Below, piece after piece: positions 10,314 through 19,477 of a stretch of 64,000 bases of DNA. This stretch comes from Naegleria gruberi (lineage: Eukaryota), in NCBI GenBank assembly GCA_000004985.1, contig GG738857.1; one strand, written 5' to 3'. The translations under genes and the position numbers were made by a program. The notes under the pieces are model-generated. The model was not told the DNA's origin. It saw only the letters and a program-made list of their open reading frames with translations, and did no database searches. Position 1 is the stretch's first letter. Every line of letters starts with the position of its first letter.

Positions 10314-12037
10314 ATTTGAGCAATCATAGAATTCGAAAGGTTTCCAAGAGTGGAATAATTTCGACAATTGCTGGATTAGGAGCTGCTGGATATATCGATA
10401 ACGTACTCGCAACAGAAAGTCAACTAAATGCACCGAAAGGAGTTGTTGTTGCCCCAAGTGGTGAGGTGTTTATTGCAGATTCGAATAATAACAAAGTTCG
10501 TAAAATATCAACGAGTGGAATAATTTCTACAATTGCAGGAGGTGGAAGCATTGGTTTAACCGCTGAAACTCAATTGGCCACTTTGACAAAACTTACAGAA
10601 CCAAGCTCTGTAAATGTAAATTCCAATGGAGAAGTGTTAATATTTGATAGGAATAGTATTAGAAAATTATTACCTTTGGCCATAACCTGTTTTGGTAAAT
10701 TTGATTCAGAAGCATGTTCTGGAAAAGGAAAATGCATATCCTACGACAAGTGCGCTTGTTCAATAGAATCAGGATCTTCAACCTATTATGGACCTATTTG
10801 TGAAAAGTTTGATTGTAATGGAAAACCAATGAATGAATCAGGTGTGTGCTCTGGAAGAGGAAAATGTCTTTCACCAAATTCATGCTCGTGTCTGGATGGA
10901 TTTTATGGTTCCAATTGTGAGAATAGTTTGGTAACGCCTGGAACTAGTCGACAGGTAGCAACGAGTGAAAAGACAATTGGGCAGGATAATACTTTGGTTA
11001 TTGTGTTGGCTATTATCATTCCAATTATATTCATTGCCTTGATTGTTGTCATTGTTTTGGTCATTGTTGCAGTTGTGTTTTTCAAAAGAAAGCAGACGAA
11101 AGCAGGAAAATCTGGTTATCAAACAAAGGCCAACACTGAGCTAGAAACCTTTACAATTCCAGATTTTCCCTCAGAGGGAAGTTTATTTCTTCAACCCTTA
11201 ATGAGTATTTCGAGTACTGGTAAGAAGGAAGAGCCATTCAATCCACTCTCTAGATATTCCAACTTGGAGAAGGTGGGCCAAGGAAGTTTCGGCAATGTTT
11301 TCAAGGCATTTGATGAGAAAACCAAAACCACAAAAGCTATTAAGGTAATCAAATATTCAAACATTGATGAGTTGAACAATTTCATGAGAGAGGGAGCTCA
11401 ACTAATGAACGTCAATCATCCTAATATTCTGAAAGTGAATGAGTTTTTTATTGGACAGGATCAAATGTTGTGTATTGACACTGATTTTTATGAGAAGGGA
11501 GATTTGGTGAGATTGACCAACATTGATTTTGATTGTTCTGAAAAACTATTGAAGGAAATAATTCATCAAACATGTAAGGCATTAGATTATATTCATTGTA
11601 CCATGAATGTCATTCACAGAGATATCAAACCATCAAATATTTTCATTAAGAGTTTGGAGAATGATAGCATCCACCTCATTATCGCAGATTTTGGATTGGC
11701 CAAGTCAAATATGGCCTCAGTGATGCATTCATTTGCTGGAACTCCACTTTTTATGAGTCCAGAATTGGGATTTGGTGGAAAATATTACCACAATACAGAT
11801 GTTTACTCGTTGGGAGTAACTCTGTATCAGATAATGACAAAGGATACAGTGACATCTATTAGTCAACTCTACGTTTCAAAGGATCAAGAAACTGTAACTC
11901 AAATTCTTAGAAAAAAGATGAAGGAAGCAGAGTTATATTCTGATAAGGTAATCAATATTGTTTTATCAATGCTTTCTAAGGATAGTGTAACCAGACCTCA
12001 AGCTCAGGACATTTTGAATGATCCTTACTTTAGATAA
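10314..12037 (+). CDS. receptor-like kinase, exon 2: last NHL repeats, tenascin-type EGF repeats, TM helix, Ser/Thr kinase
   Basis: A 53-nt intron (10261..10313, GTATGT...TAG) restores the NHL repeat as '..YIAG|DLSNHRIRKV..'. Cys-rich EGF units 'CSGKGKCISYDKCAC..', 'CSGRGKCLSPNSCSCLDGFYGSNCE'. TM segment 'LAIIIPIIFIALIVVIVLVIVAVVFF'. Kinase motifs GQGSFGNV, AIK, HRDIKPSN, DFGLAK, SPE. Confidence 0.85.
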
Positions 12038-12227
12038 AAAAGTAACAATTTTTCAACTGACTTTACAAAATGTAATTATTGTAAACTTTTAAAAATAAAT
12101 CTTCCTCCAGCAAATACTGGAAATCAAAAATCAAAAAAAATGAAGAATTGGTACGCGCCAAATGGTAAAACGGATGATGAAGAGAATGACCCCTTTAATA
12201 TTCATACTATGAAAGCTAGTTTATCGA

Positions 12228-14393
12228 ATGAATATAAATTCTGCAACCATTCCGATCGAAGAATTATTCTCCCAATTCAAACAATATTTACTAAATTACC
12301 TGATCATGGATGAAACTGATGAGAATGATCGTGTATTAATTAATTTAACTTGTAGTAACTCTTCTCCGGGTGCTAATGATGATTGGCATACTATTTCGGG
12401 AGAATTGCAATCGATTTATTTGATCATGATGAATAAGAATCAAAGCACGAGTAATTTTGAAGATAAGAAATTAATAATAATACCACCATGGTTAGACTCT
12501 TTAAATTCCATTGCCAATGTTGAATTTGTTAAACAATTTACAATTGAAGAGAATGATGATGAAATGATTAGAAATTTCAAATTGTTGAGATTGGCTATTG
12601 ATGTCTTTAGAACAGGGATGGCTCAGAGTAGTTTGATAACTGGATTTTTCAAGCATTTCTTTTATTGTCTTGATGAATCTGTTGGAGAGTGTTTGGATTT
12701 GAAAAGACAAGTTAATACTCAACAACTTGTCAGAGTTGTGTTTAATCAATCGACCAAGATACCTGACTGGAAAGTTGGTATTCTTGTCGTATTGGCACAA
12801 ATGATACACCGTTATTTCTTGAATGAGTGGATTGGATTCTATTTGTTTCTTATTCAATATTATAATATAAGAGCTTGGGAGGAAAGATTTATTGAGATGA
12901 CTGATATGGATTACAAACTATTGAATGAATTATTCACTATTCCAATTGACAAGTTTTCGAATCTGTTTAAAGCTAATTTGGCTAAAGTGGTTTACCAACA
13001 TTTCCAATGTTATAATACTAAATTGAAAATTCTTCCAAAATTATTGCAAGAACTTGGTATGCCTGAGCATAATACGCTTATGGAGACATTTAAACACGAG
13101 CTGAACTATGATATGCAAATGATTGTAAATGAGAGCTCCAGAAATCTCAGCTCTGAATCTATCAGAAAGGAGAGAATACTAAAAATATTTTACCTTTGCA
13201 AGGTTTTTTATGGATTCAAACAATTTGGTTCAGAAATAACTGAGCAATTCAAATATTTACATTTGAGTCTTTTACAAAGCAGAGACGAAGAGATTGTACA
13301 AGAGAGTTTGGAAATGCTTCATGTAGCACCTAATATCTCGTCAGCAACAGTCGCATCAAACTCAATAGAATTGATAGTAGTATTGACAGAATTGTTTGAA
13401 CACAGGAAAGAATCTATCAGAGAGGAAGCATACAAATGGTGTTCCAAACTATTAGTTCGAACAACTTGTATGATTGATGCTCCCCTTTGTTCAAAGCAAA
13501 TTCTAAATGCTTTAATGAATGCTCCTGTCCTTACTAATAATCTTATTGAACTAGCCACATCTGCATTCAATTGCTTTAAATATTTGCATGATTACAATGA
13601 ACAATATCTAAATTTTTTCCACAAGATTGTTGAAATATTGCGTATTTCAATCAATAATGACAAAGAGAGAGTGGAAATAACACTACGAGCAATACCCCAA
13701 ATTGTTGATTTAGACACTGAAATTCGTACTGTAATTTTAAATCTTCCTCTAAATGATTTGGTCAACTTTTGCCTCACCAATGAAATTTCAATTCCAACAG
13801 AAATTATCACAATAATCATGGGAATAACTGGTTCTGGTACTGAATTGGTAAAACTTCTTTTATGCACTTCTGATACCAGTCTACACTGTGTTCTAGCTGA
13901 TTTACTGAATAAGAATTTTGTTGAGACAGGTTCTTTATTGATATCACAAGAAGAAATAGACCGTTTGATTAATCAGAAATTGTCTATTTCCCAATTCTTT
14001 AAGAATTATGAGATTAATTGTTTTATTTATAAGGTAGCTCACTTTTATTCTGATACTGTGGGGCTAGCAATACATTTGAATGCATGTCCTGCTTTCATGT
14101 TTGACCAAGTGGATGGGAAAGGAAAAGTTCCTGAAATTGTTGTTTTGAATTATTTAAACTTATTAGAAATTATTCTAGATAGAGAATTTGAAACAATATC
14201 AGACAATGTGGATATCATTATGGAAACACTTGAGGATATTTCAACTCTAGGTTATCCTTTGAAAATACGTGCAATGATTGAACGTATTCTAAAGTTGCTG
14301 CGTTTGCATGACATTGATGATTGGCGTAAAGGTTTTGACCATAATAGCATCCCTGTTTATGAAGGCAATGATGATGATTTAACGTATTGGTAA
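12228..14393 (+). CDS. hypothetical alpha-helical protein, 721 aa
   Basis: Long ORF with an ATG start. No recognisable catalytic motif. Likely helical-repeat in character. Its stop lies 6 bp from the stop of the convergent P450 gene. Confidence 0.55.
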   Translation: MNINSATIPIEELFSQFKQYLLNYLIMDETDENDRVLINLTCSNSSPGANDDWHTISGELQSIYLIMMNKNQSTSNFEDKKLIIIPPWLDSLNSIANVEFVKQFTIEENDDEMIRNFKLLRLAIDVFRTGMAQSSLITGFFKHFFYCLDESVGECLDLKRQVNTQQLVRVVFNQSTKIPDWKVGILVVLAQMIHRYFLNEWIGFYLFLIQYYNIRAWEERFIEMTDMDYKLLNELFTIPIDKFSNLFKANLAKVVYQHFQCYNTKLKILPKLLQELGMPEHNTLMETFKHELNYDMQMIVNESSRNLSSESIRKERILKIFYLCKVFYGFKQFGSEITEQFKYLHLSLLQSRDEEIVQESLEMLHVAPNISSATVASNSIELIVVLTELFEHRKESIREEAYKWCSKLLVRTTCMIDAPLCSKQILNALMNAPVLTNNLIELATSAFNCFKYLHDYNEQYLNFFHKIVEILRISINNDKERVEITLRAIPQIVDLDTEIRTVILNLPLNDLVNFCLTNEISIPTEIITIIMGITGSGTELVKLLLCTSDTSLHCVLADLLNKNFVETGSLLISQEEIDRLINQKLSISQFFKNYEINCFIYKVAHFYSDTVGLAIHLNACPAFMFDQVDGKGKVPEIVVLNYLNLLEIILDREFETISDNVDIIMETLEDISTLGYPLKIRAMIERILKLLRLHDIDDWRKGFDHNSIPVYEGNDDDLTYW

Positions 14394-14399
14394 CGTGAT

Positions 14400-14563
14400 T
14401 TATTTTCTTGGAATGAAATCAATAAGAAGAGTTTCTTCAGGTCTGAGAGTGACTCTGATATCAACTTTCATCTTGTAATTTGGATTGGAGAGTTTGAATG
14501 AAAAGTGTTTAGCCAATCTTGCCAATGCCAAAACACCTTCAACTTCAGCAAAATGCTTTCCAA
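14400..14563 (-). CDS. cytochrome P450 (locus A), terminal exon
   Basis: After a 46-nt GTAAGT..TAG intron (14564..14609), the heme-binding motif is completed as 'FGIGGRIC|IGKHFAEVEGVLALARLAKHF...IPRK*'. Confidence 0.7.
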
Positions 14564-14609
14564 CTATTTAATCCACATTAATTTGTGTTGAAATAATGCT
14601 AAAACTTAC

Positions 14610-15069
14610 TGCAAATACGTCCTCCAATTCCAAATGGTGTATAAACGAAAGGATTAGTTTGTGGATTGATAAGCTCCTTTTCCTCATTTAAAAATCTTGA
14701 AGGACGGAATTCATCAGGGTTATCCCAATACTTTTCACTTCTCATTGCAGTAACCCAACTGTATAAACAAAGAGTTCCCTTTGGAATATTCAACCCCTTA
14801 AAGTCAACACTCTTTGTCAATTGTCTAATAATTCCAATCGCAACAGGATACAATCTCAAAGTTTCCTTAAAAAGTGCCTTGATGTAATCCAATTTTCCAC
14901 TTTGGAAATCTTCATAATCAAATGTTTCCTTTCCATTCACTTTCTCAAAGTTATCCAAAAAATCGTGGAGTTCTTGTTGAACTTTTGGATTCACACAGAG
15001 ACTATAAATGGCAAATCCAAGAGTTCTTGCAGTCGTCTCAAATATTTTGTTAAACACTTGTAAAATCAA
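14610..15069 (-). CDS. cytochrome P450 (locus A), exon carrying the I-helix, ExxR, PERF and heme-loop start
   Basis: 'FETTARTLGFAIYSL..NPKVQQEL' (I-helix region), 'KETLRLYP' (ExxR), 'PDEFRPSRF' (PERF), 'PFGIGGRIC'. The 5' boundary of this exon is unresolved. Confidence 0.75.
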
Positions 15070-15130
15070 TTATAAACCCACCTCATAAAGTCATTTAATA
15101 AAATCCAGTAAATATGTCTTTAAATAAAGG

Positions 15131-16024
15131 TTATTGTGTTTTAACTTTCTTATTTGATTCCTTGTTTGACTTTTGCTTTCTTTTAACAGATACTATTCCT
15201 TCAATTTTTAGAAGTAGTGTCTTAACAGCATTTCTTATTGTCATACGGTCACTTGGAAACCCTAAAGAAGCAATGTATTTCTTCAAGCAGAAAGTGGCAG
15301 CGGATTGATGGTTGTCCATTTCACGAATTTCCCATCTATTCCCATAACCTATTTTAGCAGAAACTAGATCAGTATCAACATTTTGCACTATCATTCCGTT
15401 AAACATTGGGAAGGAGTGATTACTCTTCTTGAAACAGTACATCTTCTTCATTGATTCACCTGTTAATCTTTGAACTGTAAGGTTAAATGCTTTAAACACA
15501 ACATCTGCATTTACTTTCTTTTTCTCAAGTCCTTCACTTTCAAAAATGGTCATGTTCTTACCAGTCATTTTCAAACCTGTAGTTTCTTCACACACTTTAC
15601 CCACGCCAGTCTTTAACCCAAGCATGGTTGCACAATGGTGGACCTGATTAAAGTACTGTTGGTGAGTATCTGAAATTGAACAATTCTGACCAAACGTAAT
15701 ACGATTACTCTCTAATGTGCCATCTCCTTGTACAGAACCTTCAAAAAATTTGTACAAGCTAAACATACCGAAATTGGTAATGTTGAAGATGGAGGAGAAA
15801 TTCTTTCTAGTTTTGTAACTGCCATTATACTTATTACATAACAATTCTATTGCTTTTAAAAATCTGTGTAAGCCAGTACTATTTGTTACTAGTAAAAATG
15901 TATTGAAAGTGAAAAACATACCATGCAGGTGCAACAAGTATGGACCCGGATATTTGATAACCATTTTGTAAGACTCGTTCAATATCCTTGTCAGCATTCT
16001 TATCATTGAGCTTAATGGTGACAT
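15131..16024 (-). CDS. cytochrome P450 (locus A), central region
   Basis: The ORF is collinear and similar in pattern to the central part of the P450 fragment at 25033..25407. One example is 'FNLTVQRLTGESMKKMYCF' against 'AKLTMDVIGKAGFGYSF'. The joins to neighbouring exons are not resolved. Confidence 0.55.
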   Translation of the reverse strand: MSPLSSMIRMLTRILNESYKMVIKYPGPYLLHLHGMFFTFNTFLLVTNSTGLHRFLKAIELLCNKYNGSYKTRKNFSSIFNITNFGMFSLYKFFEGSVQGDGTLESNRITFGQNCSISDTHQQYFNQVHHCATMLGLKTGVGKVCEETTGLKMTGKNMTIFESEGLEKKKVNADVVFKAFNLTVQRLTGESMKKMYCFKKSNHSFPMFNGMIVQNVDTDLVSAKIGYGNRWEIREMDNHQSAATFCLKKYIASLGFPSDRMTIRNAVKTLLLKIEGIVSVKRKQKSNKESNKKVKTQ

Positions 16025-16253
16025 ACTCTTCCTCTTTCTTGAATTTAAGATCCTCTCTTATTGTCTCTGAATTCAATTCACAAATTTCTTTTAAGAAATC
16101 TGTAAAATAATAGGTTAGTTCTTGCTCATTTTTGGCATTAAAATACAATTTAAAGTATCCTCCATCACCATCTGCTAAATAGGCTCCCAATAATTGAACC
16201 ATTACTCCCTGTTTGTCTTTGGAGTCAACCAGAGTTGGGAAAGTTCTGAACAA
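15879..16253 (-). CDS. cytochrome P450 (locus A), putative N-proximal region
   Basis: 'GDGGYFKLYFNAKN' resembles the P450 'YGxIFxLxLG' segment. There is no membrane anchor or PPGP hinge. The first ATG is at 16202..16200. This ORF overlaps the frame of 15131..16024, so an intron or frameshift is required. Confidence 0.35.
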   Translation of the reverse strand: MFRTFPTLVDSKDKQGVMVQLLGAYLADGDGGYFKLYFNAKNEQELTYYFTDFLKEICELNSETIREDLKFKKEEEYVTIKLNDKNADKDIERVLQNGYQISGSILVAPAWYVFHFQYIFTSNK

Positions 16254-17425
16254 AATGTCAAAATCTTTAAAATATTATGAGAATAATTCATAAAATACTT
16301 ACATTCTTTTGTTTGGGTGGTGTCAGTAAGTTGACCACATGGTAATGATGTTCTTACTAGCTTTTCCTTAGATTTCAATTGATAGTTATTAATAATGAAC
16401 ATATTGTCTTGAATATCTGATACAGGTAATCTCACACTACAGTACTCATCTGGACGGACTTGAACTTCATTGGCATAGACGAAACGTTTCTCTTCAACAA
16501 TTCGAGCACATTCATTGAAATGTAATTTTGCTTTGAAACAAGTAGCACTCAACTCTAATACTTCATTTGCTGGAAACAATTTACATTCTGTCATTATTAT
16601 TATTCTTTGAAAATTGTAATTGAAATGAAACTTACCAATTTCTTCCACATTAAATCCAGATTCAATACTATATGTTTCATATGTTCCACTGGAAAGATAA
16701 ATCTCCTCAATGGTTTTTTTGACCAATCTACCAGTTGCAACCTCACGTACACTAAATTCAGTATCTCCAGCCATGTAAGAACGATGAAATGTTTCTTCAT
16801 CAACTTCATCTGCTTGATCCACCAACAAAGTTGATGCTGGAACCCCATTGTATCTACTTGTTGGGATATTGAAGAATTCGTAAAGAGAGATATCATTCAA
16901 ATCTGTCTCTGAAATCGTTGCTTGAAAGATATCGTTCACCTTCTTTTCAATTGGATCATTCTGTCTACTTTCTAATAGCATAAACTGGCGTTGACAAGAA
17001 TGAGCATCTCTGTTGCTGCTAATTAGTTTCTCAATCTCCTTCCACTTCCTTCCATGCAAATTGACTAACTCAGTCAATTCGCGCTTCTCTTCCAAGGTCC
17101 AAAATGGCCTGACGCTGTTGAAATCATTAGAATCCAACCCTTGCTTTCTGACTAAAACATTAAATTGCTGTTGGCAAGCTCTAGCTCCTTTTCCTAATNN
17201 NNNNNNNNNNNNNNNNNNNNNNNNNNNNNNNNNNNNNNNNNNNNNNNNGTCAGTCCAGAACGATCTTTTCCTGCCAAGATTCTTTAACAAATCCTTATAC
17301 TTTTTGTGGCAGGCATTTGGAGTAACATCGAAGTTGGGAGCAATTTCAGTCCAATTGTGGCCTTTTTCCTTTACCAATTTGACCAAAAGATCTTCTTCTT
17401 CTTTTAACCAGTTTTTTCTTATCAT
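16202..17425 (-). CDS. Myb/SANT-repeat DNA-binding protein; CDS interrupted by an N-gap
   Basis: Repeats 'WLKEEEDLLVKLVKEKGHNWTEIAP' and 'WTLEEKRELTELVNLHGRKWKEIEKLI', plus a third unit spanning the gap 17199..17248. Two candidate GTAAGT introns lie on the minus strand at 16588..16635 and 16246..16302. Both have in-frame lengths, so the ORF tool reads through them. The second intron, if used, would create a TAA stop at the splice junction, near 16303/16245. Confidence 0.55.
   Translation of the reverse strand: MIRKNWLKEEEDLLVKLVKEKGHNWTEIAPNFDVTPNACHKKYKDLLKNLGRKRSFWTDXXXXXXXXXXXXXXXXXLGKGARACQQQFNVLVRKQGLDSNDFNSVRPFWTLEEKRELTELVNLHGRKWKEIEKLISSNRDAHSCQRQFMLLESRQNDPIEKKVNDIFQATISETDLNDISLYEFFNIPTSRYNGVPASTLLVDQADEVDEETFHRSYMAGDTEFSVREVATGRLVKKTIEEIYLSSGTYETYSIESGFNVEEIGKFHFNYNFQRIIIMTECKLFPANEVLELSATCFKAKLHFNECARIVEEKRFVYANEVQVRPDEYCSVRLPVSDIQDNMFIINNYQLKSKEKLVRTSLPCGQLTDTTQTKECKYFMNYSHNILKILTFCSELSQLWLTPKTNRE
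17199..17248. other. assembly gap (50 N)
   Basis: Run of N inside the Myb-repeat ORF. Confidence 1.
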
Positions 17426-17765
17426 TCTGCTATATTGAGTTCTGTGTTGGAATTTGATGTGTTGTTACTTGTAACAAAGTTGAGTCGAAAATAAAAGTAG
17501 TTTTTTTTTTCTCAATTGTATTAATTTGCAAAGTTGTGTGGATGTCTTGAGGGACGTTGCGATATGACTCTTCAATTCTGAGGAAAATTTGTTTGGTCTC
17601 TTTAGATATCCAATTAATGTGTCTTCCAGTTTCGGTCAATCCCTTTTCAATATATATATTTATTCAAGCCTTATAAAAATATTAAAATATTAGAGTGTGA
17701 GACATTTCACACGACTTGAGGTTGTGTGAAAGCTTTTGTTTTTGAAAAAAAAGGAATAATCCATC

Positions 17766-18965
17766 ATGTTGTACAATACATATTTCAACAAGTGGTGTTT
17801 AGTAGAAGAATTAGTAAAGAAGAAATTTTATAGTGAAGTTGTCAGTGATTTCTGTTATTTGGATATCAAGCTAAGGAAGGAATTGACATCTTTTTGGCTT
17901 GGTAACGATCCTATCAATCAAGATGATATTAATGGATTATCAGCAGATTACTCTTGTGATTATTTTGCACTTTGTCTCTTACTTTTGATTTTTAAGGAGA
18001 AGAAGCATGATGACTTTTTATCCATGGATAGTAAATTAGAAGATTTGGCAGATTTACTTGAAATGAACCCTTCTTTGATTTATTTCAAAGAGTTGGAACA
18101 ATGTAATAGTGAATTCAATTTCCAAGCATTTGTTGGAGAGTTTAGTAAGAAGGGAAAAGTGCTTTCACAGACTAGTAATTCAACATTGTTAAACTTGTTA
18201 TTAAACAATGATGACATTGACCTTTACTCTTACACCAATGAGAGATATGAATTGGTTCAACCTTTATTGATTATATCAAGTGCAGAAACTCAGATGGAAG
18301 AACAAGTTGATGTATTTAATGAACCATTGATTCTAACAGAAGATGATGCACTCACTGATGATGATTCTATCGAAATGGCTAGAGCAGATCAAGATGGATA
18401 CTCATCCGTTAGTGAAACTCAAAGTATTGTTTTCCCATATGATGATTTGCCATCTCTAAATGAAGACACGCTTTCCAGTCTTGTAATCAAACCAGATGTT
18501 AGTGGTTTGAATTTAATTGTGGAGTATGAAAAGAAGGAATCTGCAATTATAGCAGATGATGAAAGTATTGACTTTAATGAGAAGGAGGAAGAAGAGATAT
18601 TTGACACTTCAAAGGAAACAGTTCTTCTCATCAATCGTTACAATGAGAATGGTTATATTGAAGAGGAAGCTATCATAGAACCACCTGTTAAGGATGTTAT
18701 TCAATTGAATGAAGAACTTGAAGCCTTTGAAATGGAGTTATTCTTTGAAAAGCAAATGGATAAAGATGATTGTAACAAGTCTGATGAAGGTCCTCCAATT
18801 TGGTACAATATTTGCTTTGGAAATGCTGATCATTGTGAGGATGAAGAAGATGATGAAGAAGAAGATGTTGAAGAAGATTCTTCAGATAGAGGTGGTATTA
18901 GTTCTGATTCAGATAATGATCATAATGTCCATAGACCTATTAAGAAATCCAAATATTTCAAATAA
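17766..18965 (+). CDS. hypothetical acidic protein, 399 aa
   Basis: ATG start. Asp/Glu-rich C-terminal half with 'DEEDDEEEDVEEDSSD' and a basic tail 'RPIKKSKYFK'. No known domain recognised. Confidence 0.5.
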   Translation: MLYNTYFNKWCLVEELVKKKFYSEVVSDFCYLDIKLRKELTSFWLGNDPINQDDINGLSADYSCDYFALCLLLLIFKEKKHDDFLSMDSKLEDLADLLEMNPSLIYFKELEQCNSEFNFQAFVGEFSKKGKVLSQTSNSTLLNLLLNNDDIDLYSYTNERYELVQPLLIISSAETQMEEQVDVFNEPLILTEDDALTDDDSIEMARADQDGYSSVSETQSIVFPYDDLPSLNEDTLSSLVIKPDVSGLNLIVEYEKKESAIIADDESIDFNEKEEEEIFDTSKETVLLINRYNENGYIEEEAIIEPPVKDVIQLNEELEAFEMELFFEKQMDKDDCNKSDEGPPIWYNICFGNADHCEDEEDDEEEDVEEDSSDRGGISSDSDNDHNVHRPIKKSKYFK

Positions 18966-19055
18966 ATATAGTTGATTGGAGGAGATATAAAAAGTATTTG
19001 TTATAGTGTTTGTTGTAGCTGTGTGGTTATTGTGAGGTACCATACTTGTCAGACA

Positions 19056-19430
19056 CTGTAGGTACTTGTTGAGCACCTTACAAGTCCTTGTAAGGGTACT
19101 TGTGATGGTCCAAGTACTTGTGACGGTACCTGTGATGTTCCTTGTCAGGTACCATTCGTACCTGTGACGGTACCTGTGATGGTACCTAATGGTACCTGTG
19201 ATACCTGCCAAGTACCTGTGACGGTACCTGTGAGGAAATTCAGATACCTGTGACGGTACCTGTGATTGTACTTGTCAGGTACCATTTGCACCTGTGATGG
19301 TACCTGTGGTGGTACCTGATGGTACCTGTGATACCTGCCAAGTACCTGTGATGGTACCTGTGATGGTAAAAATCGTACCTGTGAAGTACCTGTGACGGTA
19401 CCTGACAGGTACCATCACGACTTTACAAGA
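19056..19430. repeat. minisatellite built on a GGTACCTGTGA(C/T)G motif, with a higher-order duplication of ~120 bp
   Basis: About 25 copies of a 10–12-mer, each containing the KpnI palindrome GGTACC. Two near-identical ~95-bp super-units begin 'cttgtcaggtaccatt..'. A near-perfect 17-nt palindrome 'ggtacctgacaggtacc' is present. The array lies in the convergent 3' intergenic space between 18965 and 19478. Confidence 0.85.
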
Positions 19431-19477
19431 ATACAATCAGAATTGCACAGACACAATTCAATTTACTCATTACCAAT

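Noticed and set aside
18909-19211. 100-aa minus-strand ORF 'TGTVTSTWTITSTLTRT...'
   Set aside because: It is simply the translation of the GGTACCTGTGA minisatellite. It has periodic composition, no ATG context, and lies in the convergent 3' intergenic space.
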